64,000 nucleotides of DNA from assembly GCF_009834535.1 (NCBI RefSeq), contig NC_045702.1, positions 80,848,001 through 80,912,000 of the forward strand, read 5' to 3'. Positions 63,259 through 64,000 of this stretch are shown in pieces. The DNA comes from Camelus ferus. Lineage: Eukaryota. The stretch's first letter is position 1. Each line of letters opens with the position of its first letter. A program made the translations under genes and the position numbers. Under the pieces are notes generated by a model. The model ran no database searches. It had not been told where the DNA came from and saw only the letters and a list, made by a program, of their open reading frames with translations.

Positions 63259-64000
63259 ACATCTCAAAGACAAGGGCTATGCAGTCAGCAGATCTACATG
63301 TGCACCTGCTGTGAGCTTCTGTACTCATTTCATAACCTCTCTGAGCTGTCTGCTCCTCTTTTGTGATATAGGAACCAAATGCACTTATAAATACAAAAAC
63401 TGTCTAAGGTTATTGTGAGGGTCGAATTAGGCAACAAATGTAAAACGCTTAGCTCTGGGCCTGGTAGACAGTAAGGACTCACTAAGTAGTCGTTGCCAGT
63501 GGCATCATGTATGCCCTAGAGACTGGGGCGGGGCTCCTCCTCATCTGCCTTTGTATTTTGTCCGCCTCCAGCTCTTGACCTCTGTCTGCCCAGAGGCTTA
63601 CAAGCTCTGCCTCCCAGGAACGGGCATGCGCAGAAGTTGAGGTGAAAAGTATAGTCGTTTTCCTAGAATCCGACAGACTGTCCCTGAGGGGACCAAGGGC
63701 AATTCACAGGAACACCGTCCTCATGGAGAGATCGATCTAACCCACAAACCGTGCCAAACAGCCCCCTTCCTGGTGAGGGCTGTGGAAGGAGACTCAGGGC
63801 TGGGCCCCCCATTGGTTAGACGAGGTAGACGCCTAGGACAAGGGCTTGGGGTTCCAGGTGTGGTACCAGCTGATGTGCTGGAGAGCGCTGTGGTGTACTT
63901 TTTTTTTTTTTTTTTTTTTGGTGTGACTGCCTTTACTAATGCAGAGGAAAAACATCCACACCTCAGTTTATCTCCGAGTGGCTATGACTCGGTCTCAGAG

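Noticed and set aside
1-64000. CRISPR arrays, operons, prokaryotic mobile elements, known miRNAs or snoRNAs
   Set aside because: The sequence is mammalian; no regularly spaced repeat-spacer array; my by-eye scan found only short seed-length miRNA matches without hairpin context

Overview
Mammalian genomic DNA, almost certainly camelid: six copies of the tRNA-Ala-derived Vic-1 SINE (Tylopoda-specific) occur together with artiodactyl-type L1 3' ends and a Tigger1-derived MITE. I find no supportable protein-coding exon, rRNA, tRNA, snoRNA or miRNA gene. The long ORFs are either antisense or decayed translations of L1, L2 and CR1/L3 repeats, or read as random sequence. The window is best read as a large intron or intergenic region. 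It contains young and old L1s (two with twin-priming 5' inversions), L2, MIR, L3/CR1, two MaLR LTRs, hAT and Tigger DNA elements, microsatellites and eight N-gaps. Repeat-poor blocks between these look regulatory: CTCF-like sites, a perfect DR1 next to an AP-1 site, a RUNX/ETS CpG cluster and a CpG-retaining AT-rich block at 12.6-13.5 kb. All long ORF-bearing L1s and both LTRs point to the minus strand, which suggests an unidentified plus-strand host transcript, and a few plus-strand candidate exons exist. I cannot support a previously undescribed biological system here; the findings are leads, not discoveries. Repeat subfamily names come from remembered consensus sequences, and old-repeat boundaries are approximate (tens of bp).
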